From positions 2,528,001-2,592,000 of the forward strand of contig CBDCTK010000002.1 of NCBI GenBank assembly GCA_965222225.1: a stretch of 64,000 nt of DNA, written 5' to 3'. Of the stretch, positions 9,573 to 20,448 are shown piece by piece (the stretch's first letter is position 1; each line of letters opens with the position of its first letter). The notes under the pieces were generated by a model, which saw nothing but the letters and a program-made list of their open reading frames with translations, had not been told where the DNA came from and did no database searches. This stretch comes from Candidatus Poribacteria bacterium (GTDB lineage Bacteria > Poribacteria > WGA-4E > JAJDTR01). Both the position numbers and the translations under genes were made by a program.

Positions 9573-11036
9573 ATGCAGAAGCCTAACATCATTTTCATTT
9601 TGGCTGATGACTTGGGTTATGGCGATGTTGCCTGTTACAACCCCGAGTCCAAAGTGCCGACTCCTAATCTGGATCGACTCAGCCGGGAAGGACTGACCTT
9701 CACCGATGCTCACGCTCCAGCCACCGTATGCACGCCCAGCCGTTACAGCGTACTCACGGGGCGCATGGCTTTTCGCACAGGCATATCCGGAGTATTCTCA
9801 GGCGCCGGCGGACCGTGCATGATAGAAGAGGGTCGATTAACGCTCCCGGGCATGCTGCGTGACAAAGGATACACAACCGCCTGCTTCGGCAAATGGCATG
9901 TTGGCCTCTCATTCCCCGACAAAAACGGAAATCCGATCAACGAGAACGGATTTGAACCGGTGAAACGCATCGACTATTCACGCGCCATTCCTGACGCTCC
10001 CATCCACCGGGGCTTCGACCATTTCTTTGGCACGGCGTGCTGTTCTGGAACGGACTTCCTCTACGCCTTCATTGATGGTGACCGCATCCCAGTGCCACCC
10101 ACCGGCGAACTGGACAAAGCACCACTCCCCATACATCCGTACGCCAATGACAACCGACACGGCATGATTGCACCGGGTTTCAACATTCAGGAACTTGACC
10201 AAGTCTTCCTTCGGAAAAGCATTACGTTCATTGAGGAACACGTTCGGAACAGCCCCGGCAAGCCCTTTTTCTTGTATCACCCAACCAACGCAGTGCACCT
10301 ACCCTCGTTTGCGTCCAGCACGTGCCGGGGCAAAACAGATGCTGGGCCACACGGCGACTTCATCTTTGAGTTCGATCATGTCGTAGGTGAACTGCTCAAC
10401 ACCGTGGACCGGCTCGGGATTGCCGACAATACCCTCGTTATGGTCTCAAGTGATAACGGACCGGAGGTGACCAGTGTCGTGCACATGCGTAAGGACTACC
10501 AGCATGACGGGGCACGTCCCTGGCGCGGTTTGAAACGCGATCAGTGGGAAGGCGGACATCGAATCCCCTTCATCGCGCGTTGGCCGGGACACATCTTGCC
10601 AGATACACAGACAGACCAGACGGTCTGCCTCTGCGATATCATGGACACCTGCGCGGCGCTTGTCGGATCCGACCTCCCGCATGACGCTGCGGAAGACAGC
10701 TACAACATTCTGCCGGCCCTATTGGGAGAACAGCCCGAAGAACAGCCCATTCGCGAACATACACTGCATCAGACCATTTGCTTGGCACTCAGTATTCGCA
10801 AGGGGCCCTGGAAGTACCTGGATCACCCGGGATCAGGCGGGAACAACTACGAGAAGGACGAAGCACTGCACCCCTACGTACTACCAGAGAAAGCACCGGA
10901 TGCGCCCGGCCAACTCTACAATCTCGACGCGGACCCGGGGGAGACGACAAACCTGTATTTCGAGAACCCGGAGATCGTCGAAGAATTACGGACGCAACTA
11001 CACGCATACCGCGACGGCGGACGCAGTCGGCCGTGA
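9573..11036 (+). CDS. Arylsulfatase (formylglycine-dependent sulfatase)
   Basis: KPNIIFILADDLGYGD, CTPSR, GKWHVG, SSDNG and WEGGHRIP motifs. Confidence 0.95.
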   Translation: MQKPNIIFILADDLGYGDVACYNPESKVPTPNLDRLSREGLTFTDAHAPATVCTPSRYSVLTGRMAFRTGISGVFSGAGGPCMIEEGRLTLPGMLRDKGYTTACFGKWHVGLSFPDKNGNPINENGFEPVKRIDYSRAIPDAPIHRGFDHFFGTACCSGTDFLYAFIDGDRIPVPPTGELDKAPLPIHPYANDNRHGMIAPGFNIQELDQVFLRKSITFIEEHVRNSPGKPFFLYHPTNAVHLPSFASSTCRGKTDAGPHGDFIFEFDHVVGELLNTVDRLGIADNTLVMVSSDNGPEVTSVVHMRKDYQHDGARPWRGLKRDQWEGGHRIPFIARWPGHILPDTQTDQTVCLCDIMDTCAALVGSDLPHDAAEDSYNILPALLGEQPEEQPIREHTLHQTICLALSIRKGPWKYLDHPGSGGNNYEKDEALHPYVLPEKAPDAPGQLYNLDADPGETTNLYFENPEIVEELRTQLHAYRDGGRSRP

Positions 11037-11263
11037 AGACGCGTGTTCAGTGAGGATTTGAAGCCGGTGATGGTACAACATACAACCCCCGGAACTGCCG
11101 CAACATACCGTCCGTCTGCGTGCGAAATCGTGTTGGTGAATGAAATACCCGCCACCACTACTCTGAAGCGGAACCGAGGAATTAATGAAATGCGGTGATA
11201 TTTTTGACCGTTTCATCAGTAAATGATTAGATTCTGCCATTGAACTCCATAGGAGGCGCACTG

Positions 11264-11530
11264 ATGAAAACTATCCAACTTACCGTGCAAGTACCAGCTG
11301 ACCTCGATTCAATAAATAACTTGGAACTATATGTTGACCAACTGGGACAGAAGCTCAAGCGTGAACTGTTTTCATCAATGCTTTGCGAGATGAGTTCCCC
11401 CGACACGCATTCGGATTCAGCGGAATCAACATGTCCCAGCTGTAAAAAAAAACGCAGTATCAGTTGGGGCAACCGACCGAGGACATTAAAGACCGTCTTT
11501 GGCGGCATTCATCTGACTATCCCACGAAAA
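11264..11530 (+). pseudogene. Truncated ISKra4/ISLre2-like transposase N-terminus
   Basis: CPSC followed by RPRTLKTVFGGIHL; cut off by the IS1-type end at 11531. Confidence 0.6.
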
Positions 11531-11755
11531 GGTGGTGCGCCTGTAAACTGCGGATAATTCGAGAGCGTAGTGAAACTGGCCTTGTTACTCTCCGTATTGA
11601 ATCCACCGACCTCTGAAGAGCATTCAAAAAAGTTTAAGGGCGTTAATTTGCCGTTTTAGTCTGTGTGATAGGCACTTTCCCCCGTCTGCGGAAAGACTCC
11701 CAGCAGGAGGTGGTGTCCTTGTTAACTGCGAGTAATTCGAGAGAGTACTATTTCA
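11531..11755 (-). mobile_element. Two stacked IS1-family right ends (11531-11707 and 11709-11755)
   Basis: They begin GGTGGTGCGCC and GGTGGTGTCC, are homologous to 12268-12395 plus 13614-13660, and match the sequence downstream of the IS1-type transposase at 48697. Confidence 0.6.
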
Positions 11756-12130
11756 CGGTTAAAGAAAATCGTGATTTGCATGCTATCAGTCAGAAGCCAC
11801 GTTGGGAATATAAGTAGGGGAGCATTTCAAGGAGGGATGATTTCTGAGCCGTCGTCATATCTGGAAGGTCGGCCGCTTGAAACCTCTGATGACACAAAGT
11901 CATAAACAAGCTAAAATAGCGGCGATGAGGCCAATGAAGATCTCTATACGGCAGGATGAAAAATAATAATACCGTTACTTTTATGACTGGCAGGGCAATT
12001 TCAACGATCTGTTCGACATTCTGAATCAGAGAGTACTCATTTTCGCTTTTTCCCTCTGGGATACTCGCGCAATCGAGATAGCGTTGTAGCGCTACTCATG
12101 ATAACGCAAACCCATGTCATGACTGGATTT

Positions 12131-12168
12131 AGGACATCTTCGGGGCGTCTCCGAAGGTGCCTTTTTTG
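12131..12168 (+). terminator. Possible intrinsic terminator
   Basis: GGACATCTTCGGGG/CTCCGAAGGTGCC hairpin followed by a T run. Confidence 0.4.
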
Positions 12169-12395
12169 TGCCAATATTTTACACGCATTCCACCCTCAAG
12201 CTTTCCCCTGAATTCCCGTTAAACTCTTAATGGTGCCGTGGCTCTTGACCGCGAATATCTGCAGCTGGGTGTTGCCCCTTTTAACTGCGGTTAATTCGAG
12301 AGACTACTGAAACTGGCGTTGTTACTCTCCTGATTGAATCATGCGACCTCTGAAGAGCATTCGAAACAGATTGTGGGCGTCAACTTGCCGTTTTA

Positions 12396-13612
12396 GTGGT
12401 CTATTCGCTAAGTAGTTATGGTATATTTATCCATGACAGAACCATAGGCACCTAACTTGTAGCTCGGCTGCTGTTGAGGCATTTTCTTCCATCGGTAAGG
12501 GTGCTTATGGGCATTCCACCAACAAACTGCATCGTTGAGCGCATCAGTCAGTTCATCAAGCGTTTCAAACCTTCTCCCTTTCAAAGCGAGAGACTTTAAC
12601 TGTTTCCACCACGGCTCTATCAAATTTAGCCAACACGCATATTTCGGAATAAACTGTACTCCAATCTCAGGCCACGCTAAAAGCGCCACCTTTACATCAC
12701 GACTGTGATGAATCGAAAGATTGTCTTCGATGAGTAACCATCTCTCAGAAGGAAACTTATCTATCACTTTCTCAATCAGCTGGATATGAGTTGCACTATC
12801 TCTACTCGGAGAAAGTACAATTTCCGCTTGACCTGTTGACGGTTCAAAGGCACCATGAACCCATAGTTTACCTCGACGACCATAATCCGGCTCAAAAGTG
12901 GCTCGATTGGCACCGGGTTGCCAAGTTTCACCTGGATAGGTTTTAACCGCAATGGGTCCCATTTCATCAATGCAGATTATTCGTGTGTCCGCTGCAGGCG
13001 CAATGTACGCCGAAATTACAGCCCCCTTTTTTCCACAAATTGGTCGTCCTGTTTTTCTGCCTCATCAAACCAACTCTGTTGACGTTTCCAACTCAGTCCT
13101 TCGTCTGTTAACCAGTTCCATATGGTCGACAGAGAGAGATAAACCCCCTCTCTCTGTTTGAAGACGGTATGCAGGCGCTCTAGAGTCCATAACTCAAATG
13201 GATAACCCAGGCTCTTGGGTTTGTGCAGTGCTAAATCAATCAGCTACTACGCACCTCTATTGAATGCGTTATCGGTTTACCACTTCGGGGGTTATCGGCG
13301 AGTCCTTCCATACCTGCTTCGTTGAACCGCTTGACCCAATATGCTCCTGAAACGCCCGTTTTGAATCCAACCTGGAGTGCAGCTTTGGAACTGGTCAGTT
13401 GGCTGTCGTCCAACATGTTGATAATTAGCTGGGCTCTCTGGACGAGCCGATGGGGTTGAATACGTGAGTTGGCTAAAGTCCTCAGTTGTTGTTCTTCTGT
13501 CTCACTGACGGCACGAACATAGTGAACTCGTTTTCCCATCTGGAATTCTCCTTTCCATTTCGGTTGAGTGGAAAGAAGATTTATACCATATATTCTTAGA
13601 AAATCAACCGTT
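12396..13612 (-). mobile_element. IS630-family element inserted at TA inside an IS1-type end; orfA disrupted
   Basis: HTH orfA 13240-13539 (LADNPRSGKP) and DDE orfB ([28 protein letters not shown]). GGAAAAAAGGGG slippery site and imperfect IRs ending TATGGTATA; the host repeat resumes after 13614. Confidence 0.9.
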
Positions 13613-13659
13613 TAGTGTGTGTCATAGGCATTTTCCCCGTCTGCGGAGAGACCAGCAGG

Positions 13660-14160
13660 GCACTCTGACATAACAGTCCCAATGCACCGAATTGGTGACC
13701 CCAGTGAAACTTTGACTGGTTGGTGTTCCGCCTGCGATACCGATGATTGCGGAAAAAGTGAAGACCGAATTAGTGTCGGCCAGTTTTAATCGCCTTTGTC
13801 TCGTCATAGACATAAACCCAATTATCGAAAGTCTGCTGGAGAACCCTCAGCAAACATTTGGCCACCGCATCAGCAGACCATTTGCTCCGAGATAGGAACT
13901 TGACCATTGACCAATATCGAACATTAGGACGACTCGCTTGATAAATGCTTGTTACCGTCTGGGGCGAGTGACCAATTATAAGACCCTCTATAAACGCGCA
14001 GAACAGCTCGAAACTTTGTTGGTTGAATAATGGCCGAAATTCTGTTACGATTTGGTGCAGGCAGAAGATGAGGTCCATTTTTCTCCTTTCTCAAACTATG
14101 GTAGGTTTTTGAAAGGATAACCTCTTTTCTGCCTTTTTTCAAATTGTCCAAACTTTAGTA
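13660..14160 (-). pseudogene. IS701/IS4-like transposase N-terminal remnant with in-frame stop
   Basis: FRPLFNQQSF...FLSRSKWS...VYDETKAIKTGRH*FGLHFF...WGHQF; truncated by the IS1-type end. Confidence 0.7.
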
Positions 14161-14322
14161 ATAATTATAGTTCGGTACTTTTTGACCTCCGAAGAATGGC
14201 GATCCAGGTTTCATGCGGGTTTGCAGCTATATAAGGTCAAAATTGGCGAATCCTCGAATCCCCGCTATGACTGGGTTTCTGAAATTCTGCCGAAGTATAG
14301 GTAATAATAAGGAGTCAGATAA

Positions 14323-15372
14323 ATGTCGAAACACCGGTTTCTATTTACGCGACACCCCAATCTGGAAAACAAGTGGCCGTTCCTCCACGAGCGAATGGTC
14401 ACGCGCCTTGATGAATTAGGCACCACAGTTGTCCTCAATACAGACACAAAGGATCCAATTCATCAACAGATTGAACTCGATGATGTCGTGGGGATTGCTT
14501 GTTTTGGCGGAAGTTTAACAGCGGAGTGCATCGCCGCCGCACCCAAGCTGCGAGTGATCGGCACGAGGGGAGATAATAGCGGTAAGGGAGTACCATTTAG
14601 ACCTGCTTCAGGCAAGAAATATTCCGGTCATTGAAGGGAGCCGCGCAGGGCGCAATCCGTTGCCGAATGCGCTTTCGGATTGGCCCTGGCGGCATTAAGG
14701 CGCACTGCGCAGTGGCATTGTCGAATGGCAAATAAAGAGCCTTTGTGGGAGTATGCTTACGGGCAATTTTGCGATGCACCGGACTTCGTTAATGGCGATC
14801 TCGGCACAAAACGCATCGGCGTGATAGGGTTGGGGCAGATTGGAAGAAAGATTGCCCAGTGGTGCCGCGCCTTTGGTGCGACGGTCGATGGCTATGATCC
14901 CTTCGTGGACGAATCGCTGCTTAAGAGATGGGATGTGCGTCCAGTGGACATGGATATGCTCGTCAGTGAAGCCGACATTGTCTTCATTGCAGTGCCGCCC
15001 ACACCTTCAGCACGACATCTGCTCTCCCGTGAACGAATCAATCGGCTACACAAAGGAGCGTTGGTTGTCGCTATCACCCGCGCGCACGCCGTAGATATGG
15101 AGGCTTTGCGAGAGCGCATTCTCGCTGATGAACTTGCCGGTGCATTCGATGTTTACGATGTTGAGCCGTTGCCCATGGACGATCCGCTGCGCGGACGCGA
15201 CAATGTTGTACATACGCCGCACATCGCTGGCAGAACCAAGGACGCGAATCTTCGGGTCGCTGATATGATTGTTGCTGACTTTACCCGTGTTCTCAAGGGA
15301 GAGCAACCGCTTGGTGCCTTGACGCCCAAGGCTGTTACCGTAAGAACAGAGAGCGTCGAATTGCCATTTTAG
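14323..15372 (+). pseudogene. D-isomer-specific 2-hydroxyacid dehydrogenase, frameshifted near 14600-14660
   Basis: AAPKLRVI, GVIGLGQIG, FDVYDVEPLP, HTPHIAG. Confidence 0.85.
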
Positions 15373-15400
15373 GGCGGAAATAAAAGAGGTATTAAGGGGC

Positions 15401-15565
15401 GGTACTGCTATACATGTAATGCTCTGTCGAGATTATAGTGACAAATGAAGTATTTTATGGCGCTGATGTGATTGGTTTTACGGCTCTGCTTTTTGACCAC
15501 CCGATGCTGCTGTTCCGGAATGACCTCCTCATAGGCACCCCAACTATCTGTATAGAAGGTCGTAC
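15401..15565 (-). mobile_element. IS1 InsB C-terminal remnant with its terminal IR
   Basis: FYTDSWGAYEEVIPEQQH...KTNHI...FICHYN; end GGTACTGCTATACATG. Confidence 0.7.
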
Positions 15566-16181
15566 CTCCCCTGTAGATCGTTGGCACCGGCTCGCTCTCA
15601 TTCTCTGTCTTCAACTGAGATAGCAAGACCTGTCCCAGCGGGGATTTGGCCAACCCCTGTTGAAGTTCCTCCTTCGATAATCCCCTCAACTTGAAAATGA
15701 GGAACGGATCCCTATCAAATTCCAGCGCCGCCAAATAATAAACGCCCGCAATGTGTTTGCACGGGTTGTCCCAATCAGGACAAGAGCAGTCCGTCTGAAA
15801 GTCCTTTCGGCTGCGGGGGAGTAGGCTCAGAGCCAAGTCAGAGAAAGCATCTTCGATATTGTCAGGCATTTCGTTCATCAGGAGTTTGGAGACGTAGGCG
15901 GCTTTCGATGAAATGGCGGTTATCACTTTGGACCAATCGGTTTTGGGAATGGGTGTAATGCCAACCGTAGTTTGATAAAGGGGTTCTTCATACACATCAA
16001 AGTATGGATTGATCGACCCTCTGACCAGCGCGTCTATCTTTCCTCTGGTCAGGTGAAATTCGACAATCTTTCCGTTCCGGGCGTAGGCGCGTCCACGAGC
16101 AAGCCGACCAGAGTCGGTAATCTGTTCGAGAGCGTCGATGAATCGCCTTCCCCACCAGGTTCGACTGAATTGAGCCATCAT
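15566..16181 (-). CDS. SWIM zinc-finger protein, C-terminus fused in frame to the InsB remnant
   Basis: TWWGRRF, RLARGRAYAR, CSCPDWDNPCKH, DPFLIFKLRG. Confidence 0.85.
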
Positions 16182-16591
16182 TCACCTCTTAAATATTAGG
16201 AATACGACCAACTCAAAATCCCAGTCCCAGTCATAGTACGACCACATAGACGACAAACGGATTCTGTCCATCGCATTTCCTGCTATTGTGTGACTTGGTG
16301 TTCCATTATACGGGTTTGTGGTGGGGTGTCAATGCGAATCTTCGGTGGGAAATGTTCTCAGTTCTAGGAAATGGATTATTTCTAGAACTGGTGATAATAG
16401 GGGTAACGGGACTATAGCTGCGATAAGATACGACAAGGGTTCAAATCGAGATGGGACAAGGCTTTAAGCGTTGAAAATTTCCCGCACCAACACCAAGAGA
16501 ATTTCCGACTTTGAGCAGAACCGGAAATTTTCAGCCGAAATTTCTCGATTTTGAGTGGTGAAATTTCCGTTTTTCGTAGGTATTGCCGGGG

Positions 16592-16837
16592 TCAAACGCA
16601 AAAACAGGGATCGCCTGTACCATGGTCGAAGCTGGGGAACGAGCCCTGGCCTTCCTTGCGGGCTTTGATTAAAGCACCCACAAACTTTGCGGAATTAAAC
16701 GTAAACGGTGCGCCCCGCCGAGCATGGGCTTCCTCCGGATCTTCCATGGTGTCTAATTCGCTCTGATAGTAGTGGTAGCCATCCATCGGTATAATGGTGA
16801 GCAATCTGCCCAACCGCTCCTGTAACGCTTCTGCCAA
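16592..16837 (-). pseudogene. Fragment of a uridine/pantothenate kinase-like P-loop protein
   Basis: IPMDGYHYYQSELD...ARRGAPFTF...PSFDHGTGDP. Confidence 0.7.
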
Positions 16838-16903
16838 CGCGATCCAGAACTGCGTATCACCAGTTAAGACGACGGTTTTGGGAGAGGCGAGTGTGTAACC
16901 ACC

Positions 16904-17896
16904 TTACGGTTTGAGCAGAACCTTGATGGCTGCATCAGGTCGGTCTTGGACGGCAAATGCCTCCGGCGCTTCGGCTAGCGGAAGGGCGTGAGATATGAGC
17001 GGTTTGCGATCCACACGCCCGCTCTCTACCAGAGCAATTGCCTGACGGTAATCATCACCGGTCCATCCCCACGATCCCTCAATGGTTACGTGCTTACGCA
17101 CTACTTGGTTAAAGTCCAATTCGGGCGGGTGTTCGAAAAGAGCAACAAATACCATCCGCCCGTACATCTGCTTCAGCATCAAGAGGCCCTGGTTGGGAGA
17201 GTTCTTGGCGCCGGCGCAATCGATGACCACATCGGCATTTCCGCCTCGCACCCCAAAGTTCACGACGGGCTTGGCGCCGCCGGTCAGCTCAATGACGGCT
17301 TCGACGGAATCGGTCTCGGTCAGGTTCACGGCGTAGTCGGCTCCCAACTGTCGCGCCATCTCCAGGCGTTTTTCAGAGGCGTCAATAGTGATAATCCGGC
17401 AGTCGACAGTAGCCTTGAGCGCCTGCACACAGCCCAGGCCGATGATACCAACCCCCAGGATGACCACAGTTTGACCAGAAACAGGTTGCCCCAGTCCTAC
17501 ACCGTGCAGAGATGTGGCAAATGGCTCCATCATCGCACCCTCTTCAAACCCAATGTTATCGGGTAACAGATGCGGTGCGTGTTCTTTGACGGGCAAAGTT
17601 GTGTATTCGGCAAACCCGCCTACGCCTACGCTCGTAATGCGGTCGCCAACTCTGAACCCCTCGACCTCCTGGCCGACCGCGACAACCTCGCCGCTTAATT
17701 CGTGCCCCATAATGCGACCGTTTTCGATCGGCCTCCCCAATGCATCGTCAAACAGGCCTAGGCGATACATATGCAAATCTGACCCGCAAATACCACAAGC
17801 CCGCACCCGCACCAACACTTCATTGTCAGCAATATTCGGTGTGCGGACCTCTTCGACACGAATGTCGCGTGGTCCGTGATAGACGGCTGCTTTCAT
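16904..17896 (-). CDS. Zn-dependent alcohol/sugar dehydrogenase (MDR family)
   Basis: CGICGSDLH, GHE, GVGIIG. Confidence 0.93.
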   Translation of the reverse strand: MKAAVYHGPRDIRVEEVRTPNIADNEVLVRVRACGICGSDLHMYRLGLFDDALGRPIENGRIMGHELSGEVVAVGQEVEGFRVGDRITSVGVGGFAEYTTLPVKEHAPHLLPDNIGFEEGAMMEPFATSLHGVGLGQPVSGQTVVILGVGIIGLGCVQALKATVDCRIITIDASEKRLEMARQLGADYAVNLTETDSVEAVIELTGGAKPVVNFGVRGGNADVVIDCAGAKNSPNQGLLMLKQMYGRMVFVALFEHPPELDFNQVVRKHVTIEGSWGWTGDDYRQAIALVESGRVDRKPLISHALPLAEAPEAFAVQDRPDAAIKVLLKP

Positions 17897-19089
17897 CGAA
17901 AAACCTCCTGATATTCCTCAATGCAGAGGCCGTCCTGTTTCTTGGCACCCAGATGCCCACCCCATTTCTATCCTCAGGGACGGAGTTAGAAAGTTTCCTT
18001 TCCACACCCATGAATCTGGAATAGCCGGAATGATGGAGTAATTCCTTGGGTTCTTCAAGCAACCAAATTGCATGTCCTTTGGCCGGGTACTGACAAAACA
18101 GAACCCTTAGTGTGCATGACCTATCCCCAGAATGGCCTATCCTCGAATCCCTGTAAGGGTGCGTCTGTGTTTCAGGTGATTAGCCAACACGCTTGTGATG
18201 TCGTGTCGGACGATACAATCAGAAAAGACGGAAAAGTCACTCATAGCGCAATCACTAAACACTTTGAAAATACACGAACGCCATTTTACCCAGTTTTCGA
18301 TTTGGGGTCAACAGAAATCGTCGAATCAAAAGCCAAACAAGCCTGGGTGTGTGGAATATTCCAAGCGCTTCTCCAGTAGCACGGTGAGCGTTATCATGTC
18401 GGCAAACTTCGCTTGTCGTCCACAGCCCTATATCGAAGCCGTATATGTGAGCCTTGAGGCGGATTGTGGAAGTCAGGATGAACGCGCCACCAACAGTTTT
18501 TCTGTTGACTGATGTCTGAAAACATAAGACATCTTTCCAAAATAACGCCCGTTGTTTTAAGACTTCCACTGCACTGGCGTGTTGAACGCATCGCAATGGG
18601 GAAATATGGAGTAATGGAGTATCAGGGTATGAGAATCTCAGGGTATTTGTTGTTACTCCAACACCCCAAACTCCCAATACCCCATTGCTTGTCTGCTACG
18701 TACCCTCTGTGTCTCAGCGTCTTGGTGATTTAATTAGGAAAGATGTCTAATAGGGGAATTTCCAACTCTTCTTCCAACTGCTTGATCTGCATCGATACAG
18801 GGGACTGGGTTAAATACAGTTCAGCCGCCGCCTTTGAGAAACTCTGATGCTCGGCAAGCGCACGAAGAATTTCCAATTGGTGCCGGTTCATGGTGCGCTC
18901 CTTTATCCATCAGATTTTCTAATACCATCCTATAAGAATTATTTGTTTGCACAATACCATATCTTTAAGTACAATGGCTATGCTGGTTATTTTGGAAAGA
19001 TGTCTATAGTAGAATCGCTCCTCGAAAACGTCCCAATGCATCAATTTAAAGCTGACAGACCACTAGACTGATTAAAAAACGTGAATCCA

Positions 19090-20210
19090 ATGAAAACAAC
19101 GCACGCTAACCCCCTCACAACGCCCGAAGATATGTTGAAGAGCCGAGAATGGACGGGGCGTTTTCTCTCCGATCCCGCCAATCTTCCCATCTCTTTCGCC
19201 TTCGATGGGAAAGCTATAAGTGGTATTCCAAGAGACTGGGGGCCCGTGTTCAAGCAGACGCCGCATCGACGCGAATATCGTCGAAACAGTTTTTGAAGGG
19301 GATGACGCTACGACCGGCTTGAACCTCCGTGTTGAGTGCACGCAGTATCAGGACTACCCGGTTGTGGAATGGGTGGCATGGTTTACCAACAAGGGCCGTG
19401 AACCGACACCCCTCATCCGAGACATTCTGGCAATCGATGAAACGTTCAGCGGTTCTTCGCCCGCGCTGTATCATTGCAACGGTGATTTCTACAGCGAGGA
19501 AGGATACACACCTTGTGAGACGCCCTTGCCAGCAGGAGAAGCGATGGAATTTGCGCCCAACGGCGGCCGTCCATGCAACGGCGCATTCCCCTACTATCGC
19601 ATCATGTTCGAGGACTGCGGGCTGTCTATGGCAATTGGCTGGCCGGACAGTGGGCGGCGAGTTTCAAAGGGCTCGCAGATGGCGTACACGTTCGGGCAGG
19701 CCAGGAAAAGACAAACCTACGGCTTATGCCGGGTGAAAGCATCCGCACGCCGCGAGTGCCCCTCCTCTCCTGGTCCGGTGACGTTTCAAGAGGGGTGAAC
19801 CTGTGGCGCCGGTGGTATCTTGCCCACATCCTTCCCAGACCCAACGGTCAGTCGATGAAACCGCACTTGGCGTGCGGATGCCCTGGCGAGGGTGTGGAAT
19901 TTACGGGAGCCACCGAAGAAAACCAGTTACTGTATATCGAGAAGGCGAAACAGCACGGTATTCCCTTTGATGTCTGGTGGATTGATGCCGGCTGGTACCC
20001 CTGCTACGACGAAAACGGTGAAAGGCAATGGCCGCTAACTGGCACGTGGGAGCCTGAGCCCGAAAGATTTCCCAATGGTCTGAAGCCAGTGTCCGACTGC
20101 GCAACTCGAAACAGTGCCGCTCTGTTGCTTTGGTTTGAGCCGGAAAGAGTACACCCCGGCACCAAACTCGATATCGAACACCCAGAATGGCTGCTGCGAA
20201 GTGGCCACGC
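19090..20210 (+). pseudogene. GH36-like alpha-galactosidase, frameshifted and 3'-truncated
   Basis: WWIDAGWY, ERFPNGLKP and LLWFEPERV spread over three frames. Confidence 0.75.
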
Positions 20211-20448
20211 TCCGGCAGCAGAAGCGGAACGTGTTAGCGTACCTTTTTGCCGTCTGTGCGGCTCAGATTCGAGGCGAAAAGGCCCCTTCCTTACTTCCCA
20301 CCATGCCACCCGCCGGTCGACCCAGCGTAGCCCCATAGACCACCTGAACGGTTACAGGAAGGAAAGGATGGAAGGGAAATAAGGTGTTCATTGGTTCATT
20401 AGCCCATTAGCTCATTTACACAATACGCATGACGTTTCATCAATTATC

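Noticed and set aside
17826-18733. Several short ORFs in a low-GC stretch
   Set aside because: No recognisable motif; part of it is simple tandem repeat.
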